A stretch of 64,000 nucleotides of DNA from Diplonema japonicum (taxonomy: Eukaryota; Protista; Euglenozoa: Diplonemea): the NCBI GenBank assembly GCA_964019335.1, contig OZ025669.1, forward strand, positions 558,001 through 622,000. Reading direction: 5' to 3'. A model generated the notes under the pieces. That model searched no databases. It saw nothing but the letters and a program-made list of their open reading frames with translations, and had not been told where the DNA came from. This document shows positions 1 to 11,551 of this stretch, piece by piece. Within the stretch, counting starts at the first letter, position 1; every line of letters starts with the position of its first letter. The position numbers and the translations under genes were made by a program.

Positions 1-1797
1 ACGCCAGGATAATCTTTAAAACCCCTGCTAGACCCTCGCATTTTTTGATACCCCTGCATGTGGCCTGCACGGTCTCAACAGCACCCTCTGCTAAGCTGCT
101 CGCCTGCTGGTAGTCCAGCATCTCAACCCAGCAACTCAGACGCTCCTGTGTGGAAAAAAATGGTTTTTTTTTTTTTCTTTTTTTTTTTTTTAAAAGAACT
201 GATTTGAAATACTAACCTCATATCTCGGGAAATTCGCAACCATCGCAAAGAACTGCACGGCCGCCGACGACTTGTCGATCTCTTCCTTTGGCGTTGCCTG
301 GATTTTCTTCAGTTCCTCCGGCTTGGGTTGGATGCTGATCAGCCCCTGTATCATGTCGAGGCCGAAGTCCTCATCATCAGGATCCTGTGGAATGCTTGAA
401 ATGAATAACAATCACACACCATGGCCAGCAGGCTCTCCCTCAACTCCGACAGACTCAACTTCATGAACTTCAACACGATACCCACGTTCTGCTCCCTGGC
501 ACCATCCAAAATCGCCACCTTAGGTGCTTCCTTCGGTGGGCCTTTTGCTGCTGCCTTCTTTGCGGGCTTCTTTGCAAAGGCGACGTCCAGGTTGGACATC
601 ATGTCCTTCGAGAGGACGTCCTTGTCGGAGGCAAGGTTCTGTGTGCGTTGTCGTCAGTGGGCTGCATACCTTGACACCCCAGATGGTGTTCTCGATTTGG
701 TTTTCGTGTATCTTCTTCCAGAAAACGGCCTTTGTTTTGGAGGGAGGCCCTGCTGCCTTCTTCCCAAAGAAAGGCATAGGGGGCATTCCTTTCCCACCGG
801 CCGGAGGTCGCGGGCACCCAGGCAGCGAAGGAGGCGGTGGGATACCTGCACCAGGCGGCGGAGGGGGACCACCCGCACCAGGGGGTGGTGGGGGAACGCC
901 TGCACCAGGGGGTGGTGGGGGAACACCTGCACCAGGGGGCGGTGGGGGGGCACCACGACCAGGCGGCGGAGGTGGGGCACCAGGAGCCCGTGGCGGAGGC
1001 GGTGCACCAGGCGCAGGAGGTGGGGGCGGTGCACCAGGCGCAGGAGGCGGTGGCGGTGCACCAGGTGCAGGAGGCGGGGGTGGTGCACCAGGCGCAGGCG
1101 GCGGGGGCGGTGCACCAGGGGCTGGCGGTGGTGGAGGAGCACCAGGAGCCGGCGGTGGAGGCGGAGCAGGTGCGGCAGCTGGTGGCGGGGGCGGAGCAGG
1201 CGCGGCAGCTGGTGGTGGAGGCGGAGCAGGCGCAGCAACTGGTGGTGGAGGAGCAGCTACAGGCGCAGGAGGCGGGGGCGGTGTGACCTTAGGCGCAGGA
1301 GGAGGAATAGGTGTGGGGGTAACTGGCTTAGGTTTGGGTTGCAGTTTTGGAGGGGAAGTAGTCACTGTGACGGTGGCCTTCAATGGGTCCTTGTGCGTCC
1401 CTGACTTCATGTTGCTTTTGAGGCCATCAGACTTAGTCACGTTCCCTGCGTTCCTCATGCCCGATGGGGGTGCCGCTTCGTCGCTGCTGTCATCAGAGTC
1501 GTCAGACAATTCAATGCGATGAAGTGTGCGAGTGGTTTGAGAAAAAATGGCCTGCGACATGGAGAAGGCGTTGGCTCTACGCTCCTGTCTGTAGTCGTCA
1601 TCGTTGCCCATGTTGTCGGTCTGCATCAGATACAGCACAGCCTTCTGCGTGTCGTCGTCGCACAGCTCCAGCGCGTTCATAATGGTCTCAATGGAGGGCC
1701 TTGTAAAGAGATCTCTCTTCAGCTTCTTTGCTTCCTCCTCACGGCTCGTCGCCTTCAAACCACCAAAACCGCCCTTCAAATTGGCACCCAGCATCAT
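1..1797 (-). CDS. Formin (N-terminal UBA/CUE-like helices, FH1 polyproline, FH2); 3' end runs off the window
   Basis: FH1 GAPPPPPAP repeats, then FH2 start KTKAVFWKKI..ENTIW. Removing introns 639-669 (31 nt), 385-419 (35 nt) and 146-216 (71 nt) gives a continuous FH2: GVK/NLASDKD..ILDGAREQNVGIVL..AM/DPDDEDFG..FPRYE/ERLSCW..GLAGVLKIILA. Confidence 0.92.
820..1320 (-). repeat. FH1 coding tandem repeat (~27-nt units encoding GAPPPPPAP and variants)
   Basis: Repeated ggtgcaccaggcgcagg.. units and a polyproline translation. Confidence 0.9.
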
Positions 1798-1980
1798 TTT
1801 GTTTTGCCTACGCCCAAGGGACGCTGGTTATTTTTTTACCTGTAATGTGTTTCAGTAGCAGAAAGGAAACAAGTCAAAACCCGAGCCATCCGAAGGCACG
1901 AAGGGGCAAGTGATTTAACAATACATCTAGGGATAAACAAGTGGGGTTGGTTCTACTCAATCTAAAAGTCTTCCCAGCAC

Positions 1981-3318
1981 CTAGCTGGACAGGAGGTACA
2001 TCTTGGAGAGGAGTTTTCTCATCCTTGCATCAGGTGTTTGGTATTTTTCCGCCATTGCGCGCTCGCCATAGATCGTCTCTGCCACGTGACGCAGGGCCAT
2101 GAGGAAGCCCTTCTTATCAATCTCGAGTTCGTCAGCGGACGGGACAGAGCCCTCTGCATGGCGATGGGCATCTTGCGACTGGACGACATTGAGGAAGATC
2201 TCCCTGACGGTAGCCTTGTTAATGAGCGGCAGGAGCTGGTGGTCCTTCACGACGTCGCTGAAGCCCTGCAAGCTGAGCCTCTCGGACCTCTTGTAGATGG
2301 AGTGGTACTTCATGACGTACTTCTGGAAGGTGTTGTTGAGCTTCACTCTGTACTCCTTGAGCGAGTCCTTCACATCCTCATTGTCGTAGTAGTCGTTGAT
2401 GCTTGAGGCTGCCTTTGTCGTGTGACGCTTCTCTAGCTGCATTGATTTGCGTGCCATGGCCTCTGTGATCTTTGCGTCAGTCACAGGGAAGATGTCGTTC
2501 ACAAGGAAAAGCTCCACCACCTGCGGCCTCTCCATGTCCTGCCTGTCTCTACCGTACTGCTCCTCGGCTAGGATCACCATTGCGTCAGGGAAGGCCTCCA
2601 ATGGGATCTCCTGCACCCTCTCAAATGCGAACTGTGATGCGCTCTTCTTTTGTGTCTTCTTCTTAGGCAGGCGTCTTATGATGTTCATCCATAGCAGCTC
2701 GGGGGGCGGGAGATAGGAGTTCACAGATACTGTGCCGCCCTGCGAAGAGTTGCACAAACCGCAGTCCTTTGTGAACTTCGTGAACTGCTGGAGGGTCATG
2801 ACAGGGTGCAGGGCTCGTGAGGCTGTCTCGGTGTAGTGTTTGTACACCTGTGTGATTTTGTCCTTGTACTTGTGCAGGATGGAGTTGAGCCCTGTGCGCT
2901 CGTGGAGGTCTTCTTCTCCGTCGCTGTCCCTTGCGCCACCGAGGACGGCTTGGGGAAGAGGGGTCTCGATGTCAGGTTGTCTGCCTACAGTGGTGTTTAG
3001 CCCTCTCATGGGGCTTTCCATGGAGCTGTTCATGTCGCCTTTGAGTGTTCCCAGCATGCCTTTGGACTGGGCCAAGTGCATTGAGAACTCGGCAAGTTGT
3101 TCCACCCGGCCTTCTAGCCTTCTGATGCGTTCTTGGTACAGCCTGTCTTGGTGGATGATTATCTGTTTCATGTCCTCCACTTGCTGCTTCAAAACTCCTT
3201 TCAGCTCGTCCACCTCTGTTGTGACGAGGGACTTCATCATTTGCATCTGCTGTTTCAGCTGCTGGGAGCCTTGCTCGAGGTACCTCAGGCGTCCTTCGAA
3301 GGAGCCATCGCCTTCCAT
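1981..3318 (-). CDS. Hypothetical protein: N-terminal coiled coil plus EF-hand/p25-alpha-like helical repeats
   Basis: Uninterrupted ORF; likely start MEGDGSF after an A-rich leader; two MTLQQFTKFTKDCGL / LSLQGFSDVVKDHQL-type units. Confidence 0.7.
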   Translation of the reverse strand: MEGDGSFEGRLRYLEQGSQQLKQQMQMMKSLVTTEVDELKGVLKQQVEDMKQIIIHQDRLYQERIRRLEGRVEQLAEFSMHLAQSKGMLGTLKGDMNSSMESPMRGLNTTVGRQPDIETPLPQAVLGGARDSDGEEDLHERTGLNSILHKYKDKITQVYKHYTETASRALHPVMTLQQFTKFTKDCGLCNSSQGGTVSVNSYLPPPELLWMNIIRRLPKKKTQKKSASQFAFERVQEIPLEAFPDAMVILAEEQYGRDRQDMERPQVVELFLVNDIFPVTDAKITEAMARKSMQLEKRHTTKAASSINDYYDNEDVKDSLKEYRVKLNNTFQKYVMKYHSIYKRSERLSLQGFSDVVKDHQLLPLINKATVREIFLNVVQSQDAHRHAEGSVPSADELEIDKKGFLMALRHVAETIYGERAMAEKYQTPDARMRKLLSKMYLLSS

Positions 3319-5066
3319 TTTTCCTTTTTTTCTTTGTATGAACTCTTTTTTTTTTTTTTTTTTTAACGCTTCTACAGAAGCAGACACTGCCAACATGATG
3401 GTCGATGAAGGATTCTGCGAGAAGGACAAGGAGGGTTGGACTGCCAGCATGACGCAACAAAACAATGCTGGCCTGGTCTACCTTTCATAGACAGACGGGG
3501 CCGTGTACCTAAACAAGATTCTCAAACAAAATCGGGGAAATTGACCGCAAGGGATATATAAAAAGAAACAGCATCACAGGACCCGTTTGGCGCCGTAGAA
3601 GAAACGAACAAAAGGGGGGGAGGAGGGGGAGAGAAAGAAGAAAAAAAAAAAAAAAGACAATGTGTTTTAAGATCCCGTATAGTATAGGCCCGAAGGACGG
3701 GGAAAAAAAAAAAAAAAAAGCCCTTTCAACAAAAAGGAACATATACTGGTTTCTAAACATTTGTGGTTTTTTTTTTTCTTCTTTTTTTTTTCGTCTCTTC
3801 TAGCCTGGAGCGGGGGGGGGGGGGGGGGGGAATGAATGTTGCACGAGTGGACGGAGAGTGTTTTAATGAATTTTCAAGGGGGGGGGAAGAAAAAAAAGAA
3901 TATCCCGAAGAGTCATCAAAATGTATCCTTGAAAGATATCGGTTCTCCTCTCCTCCATCCCCGGTAGGAAAAAAAAAAGAAACACGTAAAAAAAAAAAAA
4001 AAAAAAAAAAAGGAGAGAGGAAAAAAAAAATGCCCAAACATTTTCTCTTTTTTTTTTTTTTTTTTGATAAATACAATAAACATGTGTTTCGTGTTCACCA
4101 GTTTAAGAGAAAAAAAAATAAAGTTTCCCTAACCCCCCCAGAATACCTCAATAAGTATCACCAAAACGTAACGTTTTTTTTTTTTTTTTTAATTAGAATT
4201 TTCCGGTTAAACTTACTTATTTTGAAAAGTAAAAAAAAAAGTGATGGATATGGGTATGAACAAAGATTTTTTTTTTTCGAATGCCTTTTTCACCAATATT
4301 CTATTAAAGACACGGAACTTGTTTCCGTTTTTTTTTTTTTCTTTTTTTTTCCCCTTCTAGATAAGGCTTTGCTATGGACAATTTCTCGTGTAAGAAAGAA
4401 AAAAAATAATCCCAAGGAGCAACAACAGGGGGAAAAGAAGTATACTCTCCGTGCTCATTGTTACCTGCTTTTCTGCGGAAAAAGCCAGACATTGGGGCAT
4501 CCCCCTTACTTTCTAAAGACGAAAGACACCGTTATTTGCATGCAGAAAGAAGGGAAGAGGGGGTTATAAAGAGGAAGAGGACAGAGATGCACTTCGCGTT
4601 CTGAAAAAACTGCTCTTGCTCTACCTCTCCCATTCTACCATCTTCACGCCACCACCCCTTCATCCCTTTCTGTTTCTTTCTTCTCAAGACAGACAGTTAA
4701 ACAGCACTAGTGCTGCTGTTCTCTTTTTTTAGACAACACACCGCTCGCATGCAAAAAAGGGGGGGAGAAAAAAAATGGGGGAGGGGAGAGCATGACAGGG
4801 GGAAAAAAAAATTATAAGTAAAAGAAAAAGAAAAAGAAAAAGAAAAAAAAAGAGAGAGGGGAAAGGAGAGAGAGGAAAATGAAATGCAAGAGGGGGGGTT
4901 TTTTTTTTCTCTTCTTCTTAAAATTCTCTATTCCAATTCTACCCCCCTTCCTTTTTAAAGAAACCATGGGTGCTCAGAAAAAAGATGAAGGGGTGAAAAG
5001 GGAATTCAATTTGCTATTTAGCTCTGTTTTTTTTTTTTTTTTTTTTTTTTTTTCCCTTCGCTTTTT

Positions 5067-6461
5067 TTAGCTCGACTTGGCCTGCACGGGAAACGGCGTT
5101 TCCAGCCCGGGGAAGGGGAAGGACAGCGCGTACGCTTCGACATCCTTCTTCATTCCAGCAACTTCGGGGTTCGTAAGGATCGCAGCATTGAAATCCTTAA
5201 GCTTCTTGCCAGAGGTTTTCTGGATGTCAAGAGCAAGCTTCAGGCTGCGGTCCAGGTATCGAGCCACCTGTACGAAGTCGGCCTCAACGAAGCCTCGCGA
5301 GGTCAGGGCAGGGGTTCCCAGCCTCAGGCCGCCAGGGTTCATTGCTGACTTGTCGCCGACGATAGAATTCTTGTTCAGTGTGATGGCAGTCGCGTCCATG
5401 ATGTTCTGTGCCTTGCTCCCTGTCAGACCAATGGGCCGCAGGTCCATCAGCAAAAGGTGGTTGTCTGTTCCCCCTGTTGCCAGGGTGTACCCAAGCTTTG
5501 TCAGTTCCTTTCCTAACGCCTTTGCGTTGGCTACCACCTGTGCCATGTACCCCTTGAACTCGGGTGTCATCACCTCCTTCATCTGCGCAGCCAACGCTGC
5601 GATCTGATGCATGTGCGGCCCTCCTTGGATCATCGGGAAGACAGCATCATTAACACCCTGCACCTTGTCCTTCCTCCAGAAGATCATGCCCGACCTAGGC
5701 CCACGGAGCGTCTTGTGCGTTGTAGAGGTGACGATGTCCGCGTGCTCGAAGGGGCTCACAGCATGGCCGGTGGCGACAAGCCCGGAGATGTGCGCCATGT
5801 CCATAAGCATGTAGGCACCCACCTTGTCGCAGATGGCACGGTACTTCTCGTAGTCCCATTCCCTAGGGTACGCTGAGCCGCCTGCAATGATCAGCTTCGG
5901 GAGGTACATGGATGCCGTCTCCTCAAGCTTCTCCATGTCAACGTACCCATCGGGCCCGAGCTTGTAGGGGAGCGACTCGAAGAAGATGGACGAGGCGGAG
6001 ACCTTTTTCTTGGGGGTGTAGAAGCCGTGTGTGAGATGCCCACCGTCAGGAAGGTCAAGGCCCATGAGACGGTCGTGGGGCTTGAGGACGGCACTGAAGG
6101 CAGCGAGGTTGGCCACACTACCGGAGTAGGGCTGCACGTTGACATCCCACACAGCAGGGTCCAGGTTGTACGCCTCGAGAATCCTGCTTCTGCATGTGTC
6201 CTCAATCTTGTCAATGACCTCAGTGCCTCCGTAGTACCTGGCGCCAGAGTAGCCTTCCGCATATTTGTTGGTAGCCACGCTTCCCAGCGCCTCCAGAACG
6301 TGCCTGCTTGTGAAATTCTCGCTCGCAATCAGCTCCAGTCCGGAAGCCTGCCTCACAAGCTCCTCTCGCAGCAGCGCCGCAACTTCAGGATCCTTCTCCT
6401 CCAGGGAGGCTGTCCCGAGCCTCCTGCACGCCTTCGACAATACGGATCTCCTCATCATCAT
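5067..6461 (-). CDS. SHMT: Serine hydroxymethyltransferase, probably mitochondrial
   Basis: [23 protein letters not shown] and the PLP-lysine motif [11 protein letters not shown]; Arg-rich presequence [14 protein letters not shown]. Confidence 0.97.
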   Translation of the reverse strand: MMMRRSVLSKACRRLGTASLEEKDPEVAALLREELVRQASGLELIASENFTSRHVLEALGSVATNKYAEGYSGARYYGGTEVIDKIEDTCRSRILEAYNLDPAVWDVNVQPYSGSVANLAAFSAVLKPHDRLMGLDLPDGGHLTHGFYTPKKKVSASSIFFESLPYKLGPDGYVDMEKLEETASMYLPKLIIAGGSAYPREWDYEKYRAICDKVGAYMLMDMAHISGLVATGHAVSPFEHADIVTSTTHKTLRGPRSGMIFWRKDKVQGVNDAVFPMIQGGPHMHQIAALAAQMKEVMTPEFKGYMAQVVANAKALGKELTKLGYTLATGGTDNHLLLMDLRPIGLTGSKAQNIMDATAITLNKNSIVGDKSAMNPGGLRLGTPALTSRGFVEADFVQVARYLDRSLKLALDIQKTSGKKLKDFNAAILTNPEVAGMKKDVEAYALSFPFPGLETPFPVQAKSS

Positions 6462-6655
6462 TTTCGTTTTAATTTTTTTTGTGGTTTTTTTAGAAGAAAA
6501 AAACTGGTCGGGGTTTTTAAGAGAACAGCAAATGAAGAAGGGGGATAAACGCAAAAAATCGATCAGGCGGGGGAGAGGGAGGGAGGGGGATATAAGATGA
6601 ACGAGGCCAGTGGTGGGTAAGGGAATGCATGTAAATGCACAACCATCCGCGGCCG

Positions 6656-8416
6656 TCACATCATCGTGCTTAAGCTTAACGGTTTTTGCACGACGTCCGA
6701 GTGAAGCTGCCCTGACATGTGTGGGTTCCGAGAAACAACGAAAGGGAGCTGTTCTTCCTTTGCTTGTTTCGAGGGTAAAGGGGAGGGGAAGGTGGGCTTC
6801 CTAAGCTTGCTGACGTTTATGGGGGGGTAGTCGCAGAGGGTGCGTGACCGGGAAATAACTTCCGGGCTCGGCTCACGAAACACAGTCTCTGCATTGCACA
6901 CAACACGAGTTGAGTTGATGTGGTACTGGATGCGTGAGATGAGGTTCATGTCGGTTCTTCGCGTCATGGGCTTGGACTGCATTTCCCTGTGCTCTGCCGT
7001 CAGTAAGTGAAGCAGTTTTTCTAACTGTCTGTGTTGTTCGGCCTTGTACCATTTGACTCTCTGTTTCCATTTCTCGCTTCTTTCCTTCTCGTATTCCTCC
7101 ATGCGCAACACCACGTCAGGCGGCGGTTTATATTCTGCAGGTTTTGAAGTTTTTTTCCTCGCGGCTCCCCCCCGTGCATCGAGCATTGCCAACGATGCAT
7201 TGTGTGTCGTGCCTGCCTTTGCCTCTTGATGTCCCGTGTCCTGCATGGATTGCAGAGACATGGAGCAGCTTATTCCCTTCTCGAGCTCCGATTGGATGGA
7301 TTTCAGGGTTTCAAGGACTCCTAAGACGTCTGTTTTTCTTGTTAGTTTTTTGGCGTCGCCTTCTACACTTGCCAAGAGCTGTTCCAGGGTGGTGTTCAAG
7401 GTCGATCCTTGTTCTGCTTCACCACCGTTTCGTCCTTGTTGAGCTGGGGTCGGTTCTTCGTTGCCGGGGTTGGGTGTTTTTTTCACGGGTTTCTTCTTCT
7501 TTCTCTCTTCGGGCTTCTTCGCTGGTACCGCAGATACCCCGTCGCATTCACCACCAGCTGTTTCGACTTCTTCACGAAATTGTACGTCTGTCTGTGTGGA
7601 CACCGCAACGCACACTACTGGGAGCGAATGCGAACCATCAGGCGGTTTCAATAGTGCAGGGGCAGACGGGGTTACTTTCTTGACAGGGCTCTTTTCTTGC
7701 TTTGTTTTCACCTGTTTTGCCGTGTCGGGGCTCGCAGTAACAGCCACCGTTGTGAGAATGTCTCTGTTTGACTCCGTGATGAAATCGATGAAGGCTGCCA
7801 GGTTGGCCTGGATGAAGTGGTGCCCTTCCCTAAGGCCGTCTATCGCGTCCCTTGCTGTGAATGCAGCTTCCTTCACTGCGAAGAGCAGATTGTCTAGTCT
7901 CGCGTTGGCTTTCTTTGCAGAGGTTGCCATCATTCTGCTCTCAAGATCCTGCTTTGTCTTCTCCTTATAGTTTGGAACTGGTGATATGGGTTGTTTCACC
8001 TGTGCGATGGGGTTCATTGTGACAGGTGTGAAGGTGCCGCCGTTTAACTTCTGGACATCTGCCGCCACACCATTGAGTAAGCATACGTTTAGAAGTCCGT
8101 CAGCTCGGCTTTTCTCTGATGTGCATTCCGTGCGAAGATCTCGGACTTGCTCAGTCAGACGTGCATTGTGCTCTTGGAGGGCGTTGATCTTGCTGTCTTG
8201 GGCCTGTGCATTCATGAGCAATGCTTGTGTTCTGAGCTTTAAAGCGATATTTCCGCTAACAGTCTGCAGTTGGGTGTTTTTCTCACTCACAGTGCCAGAA
8301 AGCTTCTTTTTGGGACTGGTTTCACCATCGCTGTCATCACTATCGATGCCCCCAGAGAGCTGTCCCAGCAAGCTGGTCTTCGCATCAATTATTTGCGTTA
8401 TTCGTGATCTTAACAT
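6656..8416 (-). CDS. Hypothetical coiled-coil protein
   Basis: 586-aa ORF with coiled-coil and low-complexity segments; no recognised motif; start uncertain. Confidence 0.6.
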   Translation of the reverse strand: MLRSRITQIIDAKTSLLGQLSGGIDSDDSDGETSPKKKLSGTVSEKNTQLQTVSGNIALKLRTQALLMNAQAQDSKINALQEHNARLTEQVRDLRTECTSEKSRADGLLNVCLLNGVAADVQKLNGGTFTPVTMNPIAQVKQPISPVPNYKEKTKQDLESRMMATSAKKANARLDNLLFAVKEAAFTARDAIDGLREGHHFIQANLAAFIDFITESNRDILTTVAVTASPDTAKQVKTKQEKSPVKKVTPSAPALLKPPDGSHSLPVVCVAVSTQTDVQFREEVETAGGECDGVSAVPAKKPEERKKKKPVKKTPNPGNEEPTPAQQGRNGGEAEQGSTLNTTLEQLLASVEGDAKKLTRKTDVLGVLETLKSIQSELEKGISCSMSLQSMQDTGHQEAKAGTTHNASLAMLDARGGAARKKTSKPAEYKPPPDVVLRMEEYEKERSEKWKQRVKWYKAEQHRQLEKLLHLLTAEHREMQSKPMTRRTDMNLISRIQYHINSTRVVCNAETVFREPSPEVISRSRTLCDYPPINVSKLRKPTFPSPLPSKQAKEEQLPFVVSRNPHMSGQLHSDVVQKPLSLSTMM

Positions 8417-9547
8417 TTCAGAGTTTTCATTAAACTGAATGGGGAGGGGTGGGGGTGGGGGAAGCTTGTCCGAAAATTCGTCCGGATTAAAATGTCAACA
8501 CTTTTTTTTTGGCAGTTTGAATTTTTTTTTTTGTTTTGATTATTTGAGCAAAAAAAGGGCAGCATGCAACCAAAAGAAGAGGGGCCAAACATGCATTCTC
8601 TATCCAGCTGCCGAGGTTCGTCATTTTTTTTTTTTATTTACTCATTGAGAAGTCTGCTTTTTAAGGGCCCTTAAGGGATTTTGGCCTAAAATGGCATTTT
8701 CCCCCACCCCATTTTAAGTAGTGATTAAGAGCCCACTCCACCCAAAATGACCCCCTTAAGTTTATTGTTGCAGATTTTTCCATCTGCGTCCATTTCTTTT
8801 CGCTTTTTCATTAAAGAAAACAACAAAAACAAAAACAAAAGTATGGAGCCTGGGTCATTTACAATCTCCGAATGTCAAAAAAAAAAAAAAAAAAACCTTT
8901 CTAAGAAGCATGTTTTTGCACGGGCGTTTTAGAAATGAAATTAACGGCGCGCATTGTGACCTATATGGTGCACACACTTAGACCGCAATTCTGCACACAA
9001 AGTGGTGTCGGACTACTTTTGTACTTAGAAATTTTCTGAGGGTTTTCCATTGCAAAAGAGGGTCATTCGTTGACAAGATCATTTTTTCCCGGAGAGGACA
9101 GACTCATATATAAAACAATCGACTCGGGAAAAAAAAAAGGAAAAAAAAAAAAAAGAATAAAAAAAGAAGAACAGAAATAGTATTTCCGGAGGGGGAGAGC
9201 TGCTTCGATTTTTTATACAAATTTTCTAATGCCAAAAAAAAGAGGGAGAGAATGGTAATTTTTGTTGTTGGTTTGGAAGCAAAAAAAAAAAGAAGGGGGA
9301 GGGGGTGATGTATTCAGCTTCAAGAAGAAAATAAATAATAATAAAATTTTGGGAAAATAAGAAAGAGAATATTTAAGAAGAATGAACATCACACGCAGAG
9401 ACCTGTGTTTCTTTTTTTCCCCACCCCAACCCTCCCACGTTCAAAAAAAATTTTTTTTTCCTTTATCGTGCCTTGTTGATGTCCACAGCAAAGCAAAGTA
9501 TATAAAAAAATTACACCTCATATCTCTAAAAAAAAAAAATAATTTAA

Positions 9548-11297
9548 CCCATAAAGGACCGGAGCTGAATATTCAGCTAAAATTTTTTTTTTTAATTCTG
9601 CTAAGGCATTTTTAGTTCTCTGCATGCCCACTCTTTAAAGAGGGGCCCTTTGCGCGACTTTTTTTAAACTGAACGCTATAATGCCTGTAAGTTTTTGCAT
9701 CCAAACTGCAAGGGGATAAAAAAAATAGTGGCACAGATATTGTTTTTTTACACCCCATAAGGAGTAGTGCCGAAAGCACTTCTGAAGAAGGGCCAGTGTC
9801 ACCGGATGATGGGGATATCCCGGATATGGAATGGGATGACAAAATCGGGAAGGTGGGGAGGAAAATATTTCGCAAGGTACCAGGTCCAAGTGTACCAGTA
9901 GTGGGTCTCAACGGGCTGGAGGTTTCCTTTGTTTTTGATAGGGCGGCCCTCCAGCAAGGGGCTTGTCCTGTACTTTGAGTTGTTTTTCACTCCTGCGGCT
10001 CTAAAAGGCTATCGTGGGGTGGGCAGCAAGCCATTCGAGTGGTATAGAGGCTTTTAGATACTTACAGGCTCATAATCAAGACAGATATCAAGGTCTACTG
10101 GGCACAGGATGAACTCACAGATACCCCATATTCACAATATTTCAGAATGGTAATGGAAAGAAACAGGCTCCTAAGAATAATGCGCCAAATGCGGTTTGGG
10201 TTGCCCCCTGGTGGAGGAGAAGGAGACAGAATGGCTAAAGGGAGCAATCTTATAAATCTTGTGGTTCCTTCTTGGTCATCCCTGTATGTACCCAAGCGAA
10301 ACCTTGCTGTGGATGAACCATCATACGCTGTAGAAGCCGTGTCGGGTTCATTGTTTATGAGCCCAAGAAGAGGAAGCGTTATGGGTTCAAAATGCGAATC
10401 AGACACCGGTTACACTCGAAACATGATTGTTTGTACCGGTGCGGGCACCCAGGGGAAAGAGGCAGAGCTGCTCACCGAATATCAGCACCAGAATTACTGG
10501 ATTGTCTTTGACAACTGCTTTCGCTTGTCCCATTGTTGATACGGATTTACAATGCGGATTTCCACTGCATGGGGACCATCAGGAAAACCCGGAAATTGCT
10601 CCCAGAATACCCATTCAGTGTCAGCAAGTGTGTGGCAAAAAAATCTTGTCGAACAATATTAACGCAAAAGGTGGCACCCACATCAAGCGTTCCCCGCCGG
10701 AGCCAAAGATACCTACCCCTCAGGGTGCACCTTCAATGTGTCCTGAAAAGATGCAAAAGGCATGGAATTGCACTGTGTGCAACAAATTAGAGAAAAAACG
10801 CACCCAGGCCATGTTCTCGTGCAGAGATTGCAACGTAGCAATGTGCCCTGTGCCCTGTTTCGAATTTTTTCACACCAACGACAGCTTAAAAAACCACCTG
10901 AAAACCTCTTGAAAACCACTTGAAAATAAAAATACGTTTAAATTGGACAAGTCGCATATCTGCGGCACCTCGGACCTTGTGTTCAAAGAACGGCCATAAG
11001 TGGTGAAAAAGAAATAACCAGCCCACCCTGCACGCTGAATAAGCGCTGCTTGCCGAAACCATGGAACCTCCGGATAGCATGTGCCCTTTGCAAGAGTTGT
11101 TTCTCTCAAATGCTGCTCTACCACCAAAGTTTGGGCGCGTCTGGGCTGAAATGCAGGCCGCTTCGCGCTCCAGAAATGGGGTAGTGAAAATAATATAGGT
11201 ACACGCCCTCTAACTCCACCCTCGCCATTTTATTCTGGTATTTGAACGAAAAGTTCAAAATCGACTTTTTAGACGAAAAATAGCGGTCATTTATGGG
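9548..11297 (+). mobile_element. piggyBac DNA transposon, non-autonomous (copy 1)
   Basis: TTAA at 9544-9547 and 11298-11301; TIR CCCATAAAGGACCG versus reverse complement of right end CCCATAAATGACCG (13/14); internal transposase remnants. Confidence 0.92.
9796..10912 (+). pseudogene. Frameshifted, internally deleted piggyBac transposase
   Basis: Fragments in several frames: VMERNRLLRIMRQMRF..DR, YVPKRNLAVDE, IVFDNCF, MGTIRKTRK, and the C-terminal Cys-rich domain CTVC..FSCRDCNVAMCPVPCFEFFH. Confidence 0.88.
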
Positions 11298-11551
11298 TTA
11301 ATTCTTTACGACTACATGTCTTTTGCTCGGCACAAGTTGCAGTTAGTTGTAAAATCATATTTTTGAAAGATAAATATTTGTAACAAAAAAAAAAAAAAAA
11401 AAAAAAGCAAATTTCCTTCGAACAACACAAAGGAGGGCGTTCAAAACAAAGTTCAGAGATATGATCGCTTAAATAATAACTAGGAGGAAGAAGGAAAGAA
11501 AGGTGTGCCTTGTTCCACTCTCGTATTTTCTTTTTTTTTAGTAGACCCTTT

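Noticed and set aside
421-1522. Long plus-strand Gly/Arg-rich ORFs (also 19873-21657 and 43367-44383)
   Set aside because: Antisense shadows of GC-rich minus-strand genes; no independent motifs
3509-5070. Poly-Phe/poly-Lys ORFs here and throughout the spacers
   Set aside because: Artefacts of homopolymer tracts that lack stop codons
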